A DNA stretch of 56,742 bases, counting the filler, from Jimgerdemannia flammicorona (taxonomy: Eukaryota), in the NCBI GenBank assembly GCA_003990765.1. It is 2 parts of 2 records of this genome, joined end to end, with 100 filler letters (N's around TTAATTAATTAA, not from the genome) between each part and the next. Parts side by side here need not be neighbours in the genome. Positions count along the whole stretch, not along the records: positions 28,424 to 56,742 come from RBNJ01000569.1; 1 more part is not named here. One strand, given 5' to 3'. Below, piece by piece: positions 39,102-51,699 of the stretch. A program made the translations under genes and the position numbers. Positions within the stretch are counted from its first letter, which is position 1; every line of letters starts with the position of its first letter. Below the pieces are notes generated by a model. The model had not been told where the DNA came from, did no database searches, and worked only from the letters and a program-made list of their open reading frames with translations.

Positions 39102-41237
39102 ATGGGTTTCTTACCGCGAAAAACGGCGTTATTCCTCATCTGCACCAACTTCCTCACCCTCGTACGGTCGGCGAGTATTCCCGAGCTCTCACAAGATGTC
39201 GTCGACCTGCACGATGCCGAAATAATCGGTCGTGTTGATATTGGCCACAAGCGTACGGTATGGACAGACGGTATCATCGACCTAGCACCTTCGACATCGT
39301 TCGCGTCTCTAGTGAGTTACAGATCTTCGTTTTTTCGCTTCGTTTCTAATCACTTCCAATGTAGTTGCATACACTGACAATATTGTGCCTTTTTTCTGAT
39401 AGACGGGCATCCTCACTGATTTCGGTTCATCGTGCCTCCCTTCCGACGCGAGTGAAGTCTATGCCAACATCCTCGCCCTAAACCACCAATCTTCAGACCA
39501 CAACTGGCTCTCCGCCCCTAAAATAGCACTGATCCTCTATGACGAAACATGCAGCCTCAGCACACAGCTATCGGCACTACAGAGTTTAGGCTCCGGCAAA
39601 AACTTCGACCTGAACCTCGTGGGAATCCTAACCTATACCAATACGTCATCGCCCGTGACCGCAAATCCTAGCTTCCTCCCCACGTTCTCCATTCCGCGAA
39701 CCGTCGCTTTCAATCTCCTCAACACATTTGACTCACTCGCCTCAAAAAACGTCATTCAAGATTACGACATTCCTTTTAAACGGTATGCCCGTATCACCAT
39801 ACACGATGCGAGCTATGCGGTTGCCGCCTCCGCCTCAGCTAAAATCGACCCTACGACCCAGAACAGAGTCACCGTCCTGAAGAAGAGAGGGATCGAGTCC
39901 ATCAACACAGTAGCATGCGTAGTCGCCGGAATCGTCGGTGGCACGATCCTCATCATTTCTGGTATGTATATTATTTTCCTACTTCTCTTACTCAACATTG
40001 CCATATGCTGACATCTTCCACTCCTATTCCAACCAGCCGCCATTCTTTTCATCTATTACAAACGGACCTGCTCGGCTTACGTCGAACATCATGAGGCGCA
40101 AATAGATATGAAGTCGGCGCGTCGGCGATTCGCGCATATCAAGTCCGGGCTCCTCACCAAAGACATGGTGAATCGATTCCCCCTGGTGTCTTACGATCAC
40201 GGTGTAACGAAGAATACCGAATGCATGTTCTGTATGGACGAGCTCAGGGCGCCTTACCATTACCTCGATGAGGAGGGCCAGGAGAAAGCAATAATCAAGA
40301 TGGTTTTGGTTTTGCCTTGTAAGCACGGATTTTGCCGGATGTGCGATGGTAAGATTTGAACGTTATTATTATTATTATTATTATTATTTTAAGGGAGTTC
40401 GGATTGCATAAATCTTTCAGAAATGCAACACAATGGAGCTTACACCTGTTTGATCGTCGATTGCTTACAATTATTCTCACAATTGTTGCCAATTTTCTTT
40501 TTCAAAATATTTCAAAATATCTAGGAATAAGAGGAATTGAACATTGGCTCACCAACGTAGACCGCAAATGTCCCGTATGTTATACAGATTCGTTGGCTCC
40601 TGCCAGAAAGACGCCTTTGAAACTGGACGTGAGCATAGCAACCGCATTGGCTGTCAAAGGCAGCCCTCTTCGACGCTCGCCACCACACATCAGTCTCGAA
40701 ATGAAAGACTTCAACGAAGCGAAGCGTCTGACCAGAAGCGAGGCGTCCTCCTCCGACGTCACCACGATCTCCTTTGACGAAAACGACTTGACCGTGACTG
40801 GAGAAATGGTGGTGCCTGCCGACGACGAGAACACGTTCGCCAGGAACGGCGGCAGGATTTCCTGGGGCATACCACCCTCACCTAGAACACCCGAGACACC
40901 CAGCACACGGCACCACTCTAGCATCGTCATTGCCAGTAACGACCTATCGGAGAGGCGTCTCCCCGGCGGTGGGGCCTGGAGCTCACCGAATTCGCCTAGT
41001 GTGCCCTACTCGGTTACCATATTCACGGATACCACGTTGCACGCGACACCTGCGGCTGGCGCGTGGAGTACGCCAACTACGCCGTGTGTAGGTACCGCGG
41101 GGTACAAATCTGAGTTTATAACTGGGCCGTGGAGGAAGCTGATGAACAACGGGCCCTGGAGCGCGCCGTTGACTAGCACTCATGGGGTCGACGAGTATGA
41201 TTGGAAGTTGACGAAAGTCAAGGAAGCGCTGTATTGA
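39102..41237 (+). CDS. Signal peptide-PA-like-TM-RING E3 ubiquitin ligase (RNF13/GRAIL-like architecture), 4 exons
   Basis: Exons about 39102-39311, 39403-39961, 40037-40348, 40525-41237; hydrophobic N-terminus; PA-like KIALI...CS...LPTFSI; TM VACVVAGIVGGTILIISAAILFIYY; RING CMFC...LPCKHGFCRMC...W....KCPVC; Ser/Pro-rich tail. Confidence 0.88.
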
Positions 41238-44068
41238 AGACCCCGTCCGTTGGCGATTGCGTCTTTAATCTGAAGCTGGGACATATGGATTAGAGAAATA
41301 TATAGAAATAAGGTTTTCCCGATGTACAAAGTTCTGTCCTTTCTTTTTTTGACGCCATCCTTTATCCTCTTGTATGTACATTGTCACATATATATCTATG
41401 CCCCTTCCACTCTTTTGTTACCATACGCTACTCGGTATGTAAATTGAATGTTTACTAACGTTCATTTTATGGACCTATATAACAACTTCCATAGAGGATT
41501 TCTTGTACATTTTTATGCTTACTGTGAACTCAATATTTCCAACTTATGAATATATTCTAGGCTCTCTTGGATGAGTTTTTCTTGACATAGCATTAACCTT
41601 GGGTATATATAGGAACGCAGTTTGAAAAATTCGTTTCCGATCCTGTCAATTATGGTTGCTACAGAAAGTTCACTCCGCTGACTCCGCGGCTTCGGTCATA
41701 ACGTTGGAGGTAGCCATCTTGAATTTTAGAATATGACTTGGAAAATGTGGTTGGTTGGGAGTTCGTCGTCCGACTTCTAGAATGGGTTTGCTTAACCTTC
41801 GAGCGGGCCCCTTTTTTGTCCTTCCCGTGTTTCCGATGACTCCAAATCTAGCGAGACATCCGCATACCCGCATCGCTAAATGTCCCGATATGACAATCGC
41901 GCTTGACTTTCTGGATTCACAATGTCGATGACGTTGTCGACGATCGCAGGGCAATCAGTCTATCTCTCTTGTTCGGGAAGTCGGACGCGTGGCGGCGTTA
42001 ACAACGTTCGGTTACGTCATCCCACTATGGTAGGAAATGCCGCGTTTGGTTCAAGTGCGAAAGAGATTGATAAGCGGCAAAAAAACGAAGTTCCAAACTC
42101 TCTACTGCTTTCTGCGGGGTTTTCCCATTCGCCGCTGATAGGTCTGACGACGCGAAGATGTCTTCAAACGCATCTGATAAGCAACTGGGAACGACGCCAT
42201 GCAAACTCTCTTTCAAATCTAAATCGAACCTAGTAAACGCAAATCCTAGAGATAATTATGAATGCTTTTTTTTTTAAAAAAAAAAAGAAAGAAAAAATGA
42301 CATCTCATATTGGCCCAATGCTCATTTGCCCCATTTTCATGTGACTGAGCGGTAATTTTGCCATTTCTGGTGGTAATATTATTTGATGAAAGCAATGTTG
42401 TCTTCCGTAATTCTTGGCGATACGACTTGGCATTTATTACGAGAAATCGCCATCGGCAGCTATTCTTTTACCGCATTATAAAGTTGTCTGGCACCTCAAA
42501 ACTTGTCCATAAACATGACAACGAGGGTATCAAAGACAAATTAGACATTCTCTATTCTTGTCGACACAACCCGAAGAAAGTTAAGGAGCGACAATGGATG
42601 TCGACGAGACACACTAATTTTATAATTGCGGGATTTTTAGTTCATGTTCGATACTAGACACAAGAATGGCAGTTGACCAAAGCCCGCGTATTATGGCAAC
42701 GTGCAACACAATCAACCATAGTAAAGAGAAGAAAAAATTCAAATTACATATGAGCAGTCGAAGTACTCTAAACTCATCTACTTTGGCAACGTTGACTTAT
42801 AGAAAAAATGGGCTCTTATTATATCATCAACATCGTTAACTTTTCATAAAAATAAAATAAAATAAAATAAAATAAAAGCCCCCATCACGCTAATTGCTAT
42901 TCACCGCTATCCAACACGAGTCCGTTCAATATCTCGGTCTGGCTACCGGTAGAGATCGCGAAAGCACATTTGACAAGCAGTGTTAGCCGCAGGGTAATTA
43001 CTTTGAGCAGTTGACGTTCACGATTGAGGACGTGACCTTCACCCTGGGTCCAGTCCGAAGCCTCCACTCGTCAAGTGCGATTTTGACAATGCTATGCCAC
43101 CAAACCAGAATACCCTCGTGATGGAAACAGCCATGGAACGTTCATACACCTCTGCAGAAGTCTACGCCGGTCAAGAAGATCCGTGAGTGGGTCGGATACG
43201 TGCGAGGTCGGCCAGTGGATCGATCCCACCAGGATCACCGTCCAAGGTAAAGATGTGGTGGTCACGAACGTTGCCGGTTTGGTAGAGGGAGGAGTTGGTG
43301 TGATGTGAAGGTGGTAAGAACCCAATAGTGAGAAATTGGTTGCACGTTTTGGAGCTAATATATGATAATATTCATTGTCAAGAACCTTATCGCCTTTTCC
43401 TATTGTGTTTTCTATTCTCGATTATATTTTCTTTGATTGTGCTATCGCGGTGCTATGTATTGGTATGCCGCCCAATGATGGCTTCCCTTTTGTCGCGTCG
43501 GTATCTTTGAAATTTGCTTTTTGCTTTTGCTTTGTGCGTGTAGTTATTTGCTCGTGGCAATATTTGTTTCACCAAATGGTATGGAACAATAGAATCTTAT
43601 TCTGTAAAGCTCTGGCTCAGCCCTCTAACTTGGGTGGAGAGCATTCATTCCAGCGTATACGGCAGCAATACCAACGATACTCATTCCTCGAAATTTTATT
43701 TTGGCACATTTCCAGAACCCATTGTCTTGTTCGCCGGTGCATTTTTGTAAAACAATAATTCTACGCAATCGTCCAAATACTCATATTGTGGAGGATTATG
43801 GTGTATAAAGAGAAATGGAATATTTGCAAAATCAAATACAGAAGAAAACCGAACGAACAGATCCCCTTACATGGCGTCTCATCTTCAAAGATCTTGACAA
43901 CCTCAAGGAGTATTGCGTGATGAAATATAGGCCAATATATACAACTCGATTACGTCATCCATTTTGTGGCTTATCACGTGACGTCATCAATCAGTAATGA
44001 TTATCAATAAATGCTGCTCTTGCTATTATGAACATAATTAAGTACTCATCATTGCATAAATTATCTAT

Positions 44069-45257
44069 TTTTTTTTTTTTTTTTTTTTTTTTTACAGACT
44101 CAAAGTTTTGCAGATTTTATTGGAAGAGAACCTAAACTATATAGGCCAAAACTCTCCCCCACTACTCCTTGAGCACTATACCTCTATTAAACCTAGACTA
44201 GCTATTGTCCAGCAGCTCAACTATATCAGGTGCAGCAGAGCAAAGTTATCTGTATCTTATTCTATATACTATGTTCTTTCTACTATTAGAGAGTAACAAA
44301 CATATACTTTAGGTACATACCTGAAATCCCAACATATGTACAAGGTTATGTCTGAGCCAATTTGCATAGTCTCTACCATCCCAAAGAGAGTAACAGATAA
44401 AGAAAACTCCCCTCAAAGTATAGAATAGTGAGTAGAATCTAGTTCTCTCTAATGAGATAAGTAGAGAACTTATACATATGTGAGACAAGAAGAGATCTCC
44501 AATACCCCACTACTCAAGCTTATAGGCCTCAATTATATTACTATATCAGCACTCAGTTTTAGTTGAGTGCTGCTAAGATGTCTGATCTAAGTAGTCTTGA
44601 CCTCTCTGACTATCTCTAATAACTGAGACCTAACTTTATGAATCATCAAAAGTAGCTAAAAGTAATACCTACTACCTAACTACTCTATACCAATCAGAAG
44701 GCCCCACTGATGTAGTACTCACTCTAGCCCCAACAACTGCCCCCAGCCTGGTACTCTACTGATCTACTATAATTACTATTTCTCCTATCTGTAATAGTTA
44801 TCTCCTCTTCCATCCTAACTCTATCCAAAAAGCAGTTATCTATATCAGAACTATACTTACTGAAAAGCTTGCCATAGCTCAGAGGGCCCCACTATAGGCA
44901 CTGGAGACCTGCAGGTAACCTATACTAGTACTTGATACCTAAAGTCAACTAACTTTATATATAGTCTATAATATATCAGATAATATCTCATTGATGATAA
45001 TAAAAGAAAAAAGGCACTATACTAAAACAAATATACTCCAGATATAGCTAAAGGTATCAGAAACTATGAAAAAGTATAGAAGACACTGATTTGATATCAA
45101 GAAAGAGGCAACTTAACACTATTGCCTCTCTTTTACTATGTTCTTACAGGCATAGTAAACCAACTCAAGATAGAGAGGATAATAATAGAGAAAAGAAGAC
45201 TTGAAAGGTTGTCTACCAAATCTTATAACCAGTAAGATAGTAGAGAAAGAAGCTTGA
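44069..45257 (-). mobile_element. 1.2-kb poly(A) retroposon family, copy 3 (complete, ~15-bp TSD)
   Basis: Poly-T at about 44068-44093; TSD G(C/T)ATAAATTATCTAT at 44054-44068 and 45258-45272; colinear with copy 2. Confidence 0.92.
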
Positions 45258-45663
45258 GTATAAATTATCTATATTAATTAGGTTGATATTTTTCAAAATA
45301 ATAGAATAATATCTATTTCTAAATAACTATTATACTTTGAAAAGAGATCCACAAGAAAAGATATTGAAGAAGAGTATTCATAACTAACTTTTAGATCTTA
45401 TCACTAATTTTATACTTTAAGCAGAGATTACTAATCCTAATGAGTATATTAAATTATAATATAAAATTAAATTTGTAATTGTAAATAAGCTAATATATTT
45501 ATAAATAAGCTAACATATTCATAAATAATCTGTCCTTTTTCTGTCTTACTTATAGATTATAATTAGATATAATTTAACTTTTTTTAAAAAAAATTTTCAA
45601 TATTATTAACTATAATATATTTAAATAAGTTATTATTTATAATTCAGAATTTAGTATCTATAT

Positions 45664-47209
45664 TGCAACAGACCAAAACATGCTACCTGAATTATAACTT
45701 AGCCAGATAATGTAAACAATTAGCATACTTACCCAGCATGATGTGACTTCCAGTATACCATAGTTATCTATGTGTACCATACTTATAATTAGCCAAGACA
45801 CCAGATCAGGATTATTTATCTGTGTCCTGAAGACACACTCATGTCCTGCAGACACACTCATGTCCTGTGGACACACTCATGTCCTGTGGACATGCCTGTA
45901 CCCAGAGGACACACCCAAGCATTACCAGAAGTAATAAATCTATAGTTACCACATAGCAACCAGATAGCAACCAACTTGTATAAATTACCCCAGAGATAAG
46001 AGTAAATAAACCTTAGTCCAAAATTGAAGCAAAAGACAAGCCTGCCTACCACACTTCAAGAGGAACTCTACAGCTACTGTTAGGAGATTGTAAGCTTATT
46101 TCCCCACTCCAGTCCACTTTCTGATACAAAGAATGAGTCTGAATTGAAGTGCAAACCAAAGAAGCCTCTAAAGATTGAGCATTGGTCTCCTTATTCTACT
46201 CTGGTCCACTTTCCAATACAAAGCTGATTTTGCTGCTAAGTTTAAGGAAGAACTTCACCACCTTTAGAATTATTAGTTCACTTGCCAGATAAGCCTGAAG
46301 ATTTCTGTCACCCAAAAGAAAGCCACCTTGCTCAAGCCAGTTTCTGATACAACTTCACAGTGATCTATTTGTGCAAACAAAGTTAGTCTTTAATGCAACT
46401 TTGTCAAGAGACTCTTTCTAAGCCGCCATCTCATTTCTTAGTTAAAATTGTCAATTCTGAAGAATCCATGTCATCTACTGCCTTTTGAGTTATCTGCCAT
46501 ATTCTCAGTTGAAGCTGCCAATTCAGGAAGAATCCATGCCATCATATTCCCAGAAGAACCTGATTTGGAAGAACCTGCACCATCTGAGTTAATTTCCAGT
46601 TAAGCTGTCATTTTCAAGAAGACTGCTGATTCAGAAAGAATCCACGTCATCCACCATTTCTGAGATATTATTCCCAGAAGAGCCTGATTCATACTATCTG
46701 AGTTATCCATTATTCCCAGTAAGCCTGGTATAGAAGAAACTATGCCAGTATAATTCCCAGTGAGCCAAATCAAGCTATCCATCAAAATATCAGAATGTCC
46801 CACATAAGGAATCCACCATGCTACACAAAGATTGCCTGCTACCCAAGAAGGAAAACTGCTAAATTGTCAGACTATCATACACAAGATCATCATGTTACAC
46901 AGAAATCACCTACTACTCAAGAAGGAAACTGCTCATGCTATATACAAAATTCTGCCATTCCCAGTTAACCCAAGAAGGAAACCGGTTCATACACATAATT
47001 GCTACTACACCCAGAGAACTATCCCAATTAGGAAATTGACATACAAACTGCTTGCAGATATCCAGCTTTGACTATTATACCACTAAACACCAAGGATCTC
47101 AGGAATCCTAGAACATTTTATTACTTTTTGACAAAGTAACTGGGGGCTCAAGCCAAACTACATCAACCCCCAACCTTATAATTTGCCTCCATTGAGCCAG
47201 TATATTACA
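45664..47209 (+). repeat. 5' LTR of Gypsy 2 (1546 bp)
   Basis: Direct repeat of 54734-56595 apart from the LINE-derived insert; contains 20-bp tandem repeats gacacactcatgtcctg(ca/tg) at ~45831-45893. Confidence 0.95.
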
Positions 47210-47211
47210 TT

Positions 47212-47229
47212 TGGGGGCTCAACTAAGAA
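47212..47229 (+). promoter_or_regulatory. Primer-binding site, tRNA-Pro-like
   Basis: TGGGGGCTC two bases after the LTR CA end matches the start of the known tRNA-Pro PBS (TGGGGGCTCG...); the distal part is diverged. Confidence 0.7.
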
Positions 47230-49229
47230 GATTTTAAAATTGACATAACTTTTTAGCTCATAAGAACCCATAGTCAAACTGGATATATTTGATATAACAC
47301 CAACCTCTGCCACTATAGGAGAACCAGTCATCACTAGTATTTGGACAGGAAGAGAAGTAATCACCTCAAGACTTGCCAACTATCCAGTATTAGAAGGATC
47401 CCAACCAGAAGCAGGAGACAGTATAGCCCAAAATCTCCAACCAGACCAACCAGATCAACCAGATCAATCAGACAATATAGGCAGCCCTGCTAGAGATTTT
47501 GGAGAACTTGCACAAGAACTAGAAGACCTTATCACATGGACCCAATACTTTACAGCCAAACACCCCACACCAGTCCCACTAATCTCACCAACTGAACCCC
47601 TATCACAACCCTTTGCAGAACCAGAAGTAGCTTCTACAAGAATACCTAGGCCTATTTTACTTTGCCCAAGATCCAGAACACCATCCTCAGGATACCCAAG
47701 CATCTCCATCTCTAGTAACAGTTCAGAAAGTGAATCAGAATCAGAATCTGAACCTGAGGAAGACACCAGAGAATTTCTTAATGGAATTGAAGGAATTACA
47801 GCCTTGAGAAATCTCTCAGATGAAAGAAAAATTGTCATTTATAAAGCTCAGCTCAGAGAACCAGCCAGAGGAATTTTCCATTGGACAGTAAACAACTGAG
47901 ATTCAGAACTAGCAAGACAGATACAAGCAGCAATGTCTGATGAGCTGGAATATGAAGCCATGGTCCACTGGCTTATTGAAAAATATACAGAAAATGAAAC
48001 CCACCACAAGGCTCAGGAATCCATCATGGGAATGAAGATAAATCTTAGAGAATCACTCAGAGCCTTCTTTACAAGAATCCAGAAGAGAATACATTCTGCT
48101 GGGTTCAATGCCATCAACTAAGACATCATAGGTCCAATGACCTTCATGAATGGAATTCCTCTAAATATTGCCCAGCATATCTACACCTTAGGTATCAGAA
48201 GGTCTGAAGAGTAAGTAGATATAGCCCAAGGATTCTTTGATGTCAGGCAAGGAACTACTTGGAGTGATCATGACAAGAAGGAAGATAAAGAAGATATCCT
48301 GGTCAAAGCCCTGCAAGGACTCCTTCAAGGACAAGAAAGGTCTGAAGAAAGAAGGTCAGCCAAGGAAGGAAAGAAGAACAGAAGTGAAATTCAAGACCTC
48401 AGCTCCAAGTTAGACCAATTGATTGGACAGATTGAAAAACTCACCACATGTGAAAATCAGGACTACCAAAACAACAGAGGGTACCCACTACAGAGGAGCC
48501 AAGGTTATCCACCAAGAGATAACAGAAATTACCAGCAAGAAGAAAGAAGGTATCCTGTCCAAGACAGAGTCCAAGTCTAATACTTCCACTGTAGATAATT
48601 CAGATACTATGCCACTGAATGTGATAATAAAAGAAGTGACTGAAGGGACTCAGAACCAGCAAACCAAAGAAATGACACTCAGTACAAGAAGACTGAAGCC
48701 CATCCTGTTGAAGACTTCAAAGAAACAAGTAACAGCAAAGACTACAGTGATCTAGACTTGTACCCCATTCTGAAAAACAGTCTATCCAGCAGAGAAAAGA
48801 AAGAGACCTGTAGGAAGACCATCCAGGAACATCAGCAGAAGAATTATCCAAGAAGAGGATGAAGAATATGAGGAGGAACAAGTAGAAACACCCTCCCGAA
48901 CCCCCTCACCTTTTGTCTCTGAGACAAATGAGTTGCCACCAGAAGACGAAGAAATGGAACAAGAAAAACAGGAACCTGCTACTCTAAAGCCTAAGAAGAA
49001 GTATACTCTGAAGACCATGCCTAGAGATATTTACAATGAAGCCTGGCAAAAGATTCAAGAGGCCAAGATGGAAGTCTCTCTCCTGCAGTTCTTGCAACTG
49101 ACACCAGCTGGAGTTTGAAACAAATTGCTGAGAACCACCAGGTCTAGCACTGGCCAAGTTCCAATCCCACAGTAAGAACTGGTCTCCATCCCTGTCCAAG
49201 CAGCCAAAAGACATGTCAGCACCTACTTA

Positions 49230-49560
49230 CATAGAGACATTGGAGGACAAAAAGCAAAAATCCTCATAGATATAGGAGCAGCTGTCTATGTTATTACCAA
49301 ATGATTCTTGGATACCCTCCAATGGCCCATTGATGGACCATCCAACCTTAGCATCATAGTAGCAGATGGAGCCTGAACTCAACCCCTTGGAGAAGTACGA
49401 AATATCACCATCTCTCTTGGATACATTCAGTTCTCTATTCCCAAAGCTGTTGTTACTGAAGCTGTCACCTATAATATGATTCTTAGTACCAACTGGATGA
49501 AGGAAATGAATGCAGTTGTTAATATTGACCAATAGGTACTCAAGTTTGACTACTGAGGCA
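49230..49560 (+). pseudogene. Gypsy 2 aspartic protease domain
   Basis: KILIDIGAAVYVI (DTG/DSG-type motif, mutated), IVADG..TQPLG.V, YNMILSTNWM. Confidence 0.85.
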
Positions 49561-50888
49561 AGAAGTACAGAGTTAAGGTGACCAGCTATAAGTAATCAAA
49601 GAAGAAGAAGAAGGTCACTATTCAGAAAGAGTATGCCAGCAGTGAAGAATCTACCACAGAAGAAGAGGAAGAATCTGAAGATGGAAATGATTCCAGACTC
49701 AATCCCTGAATCAATCTGGTGGATGACTGACTAGAAGATAATGTGTGGGCCAAGAACACTATCCCTATTACCATTAGAGCTATTGCAGGAGAAGCCAAAG
49801 GATGCCCCACATGCCTCAAGAGACACAAGTGTCCCAAGCACTCCTCCAAGATCATGGGAACAAGGAAATTGTCTGGCACAGCCTACCCAGAGTACAGAAG
49901 GAAGATGAAGAAATGCAGACATATTCCAGAAATACCTGCAACTGAAGCTGCAGAAGTATAAGCAATTTGGGGTCAAGAATCATCTGAGGAAGAAGAAACT
50001 TCAGATCAAGAAGTTCCTGAACAAGAAGCACCTAATGAAGAAGAGGTCCCTGAACTCATTCTCTGGGATGATCCTTGCTGGACACTACCTGAAGACAATG
50101 ATCCTTGGAATACAGAAGAAGGACTCAGTACAATCACCATTATCACCAAGAAAGAAACCCACTAAGAAAAAGCTTTTCAGCTAGGAAGATGTCTACACCA
50201 AATGATCTTCCACTCTTCCCAAGACTACTGCTATCAGCGTTATCTGTTGGACCAACAAGAAAGACAGAGACCCCAGAGACCAGAACCCCCAACTACTCTT
50301 GCACAGTCCACTACCTTTCAAGAAGTCACCACAAGATTACAAAGTCGATTTAGGGGACAAGGCTTCTTCACCCAAACAGAAATATACCCCTTGTCTACCC
50401 TTCCCCCAACCTATGATCAAGATGGGTACTGATTCCCAAGACAACAAGAGATAAATAGCTGGGAACATCATTTTCAGGCAATGGAATATTGCAACCATGG
50501 GAGATACCCTGACTGCTAAGACTGCAGACATCAGAAGATTTACCTCAGTCATGATATTGCAGTGCATACTTTGAAGAAAGGAGATAACTGAAGCTAGATC
50601 CAAAAAAGCCAGATTCAAAAAAGCCAGACCAAGAAGCTTGGAAAAAGAATCCTCAAGATCTATGATTTGGGAGAAGACATCCTAGCTCTCATCAGACATG
50701 CAACTCACCAAGGATGGGCAGAAGATGCTACCAACTTCATGGAAGCCCTTGACCCTACAGGAAGGAGGAGAATCAACTACCTCTGAGACCCCTCTACTGG
50801 AGCCAGATGGCCACACCTCAACCTTAGAGCTTGGAGGCTTTCCACTAGTGGAGCTTCAGTCTTAGAAAAGCCCAAACTCAGTAAGAAT

Positions 50889-51303
50889 ATTGCCCAGTAT
50901 GCCCTGCTGCACCACAAGGCCAAACCCCCGACCAAAGCCCAACCAGAGGATGTAGGATATGATCTTTACAGCCTAGAGGATGAATCTATCAAGCCTGGAA
51001 AAACCTTTATGATCAGAACCAGATTAGCCATGCAATCATTCCAAGGAGCTTATATTCAACTGACCTCAAGGTCTAGACTTGCCAGACAAGAGATAACTAT
51101 AGAAGGAGGAACCATTGACCCTAGATATATAGGCAAAATTAAGGTCATCCTACATAACAGCAGTGCAGAATAGTATCAAATCATTAGAGAACAGAAGATT
51201 GCCCAAGCAGTCTTCATGAAGGTCAAGACCCCACAGTTACAAGAAGTCTCTGAACTAACTGAAGGAATAAGACAAGCTAAGGGATTTGGAAGTTCAGACA
51301 GAA
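50889..51303 (+). pseudogene. dUTPase domain in the Gypsy 2 polyprotein
   Basis: All five trimeric dUTPase motifs in one frame: DVGYDLYS, SRSRLA, GGTIDPRYIGKIKVILHN, QKIAQAVF, RQAKGFGSS; one TAG at ~51171. Confidence 0.93.
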
Positions 51304-51699
51304 AGGAGGTACATCTCCTTCAAGTCAACCACCTCAAGAGGAATATTCCCCAGCAAGTGTACTGGCAACTAGTCAGACTGTACAAGAATCTCATCCTGGA
51401 GTCTGGAGAACAAACTACCTTTGAAATCTTTGCACCACCTGACCCCAGAAACCTTTTCTTTGAACCCAAGGAAGATATCCCACACCTGGACATAGAAGGG
51501 CACACATTTCCTGACAAGATGAACCCAGTACACTCCCGAGCAACCAACCAAAGTTGGGAGACCATCATCTTACTGAAAGGAACCATCATAGGACATCTGG
51601 TGCCCTTTCTCAACCAAACTCATAGGGAAGTTTATGAACTAAACTTATTGGGAAATGGCAAAAGGTCCCAGAAGAAAGGAAAGACCCCTCTGTGACCTA

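Noticed and set aside
45831..45893. 20-bp repeats (also ~54902-54962) and the 37096 repeats as a CRISPR-like array
   Set aside because: Head-to-tail tandem repeats with no unique spacers, in eukaryotic LTR or intergenic context, with no cas genes.
50889..51303. dUTPase as protection against the C->T mutator
   Set aside because: dUTPase cleans the nucleotide pool and does not repair deaminated cytosine in DNA; this element is itself mutated.
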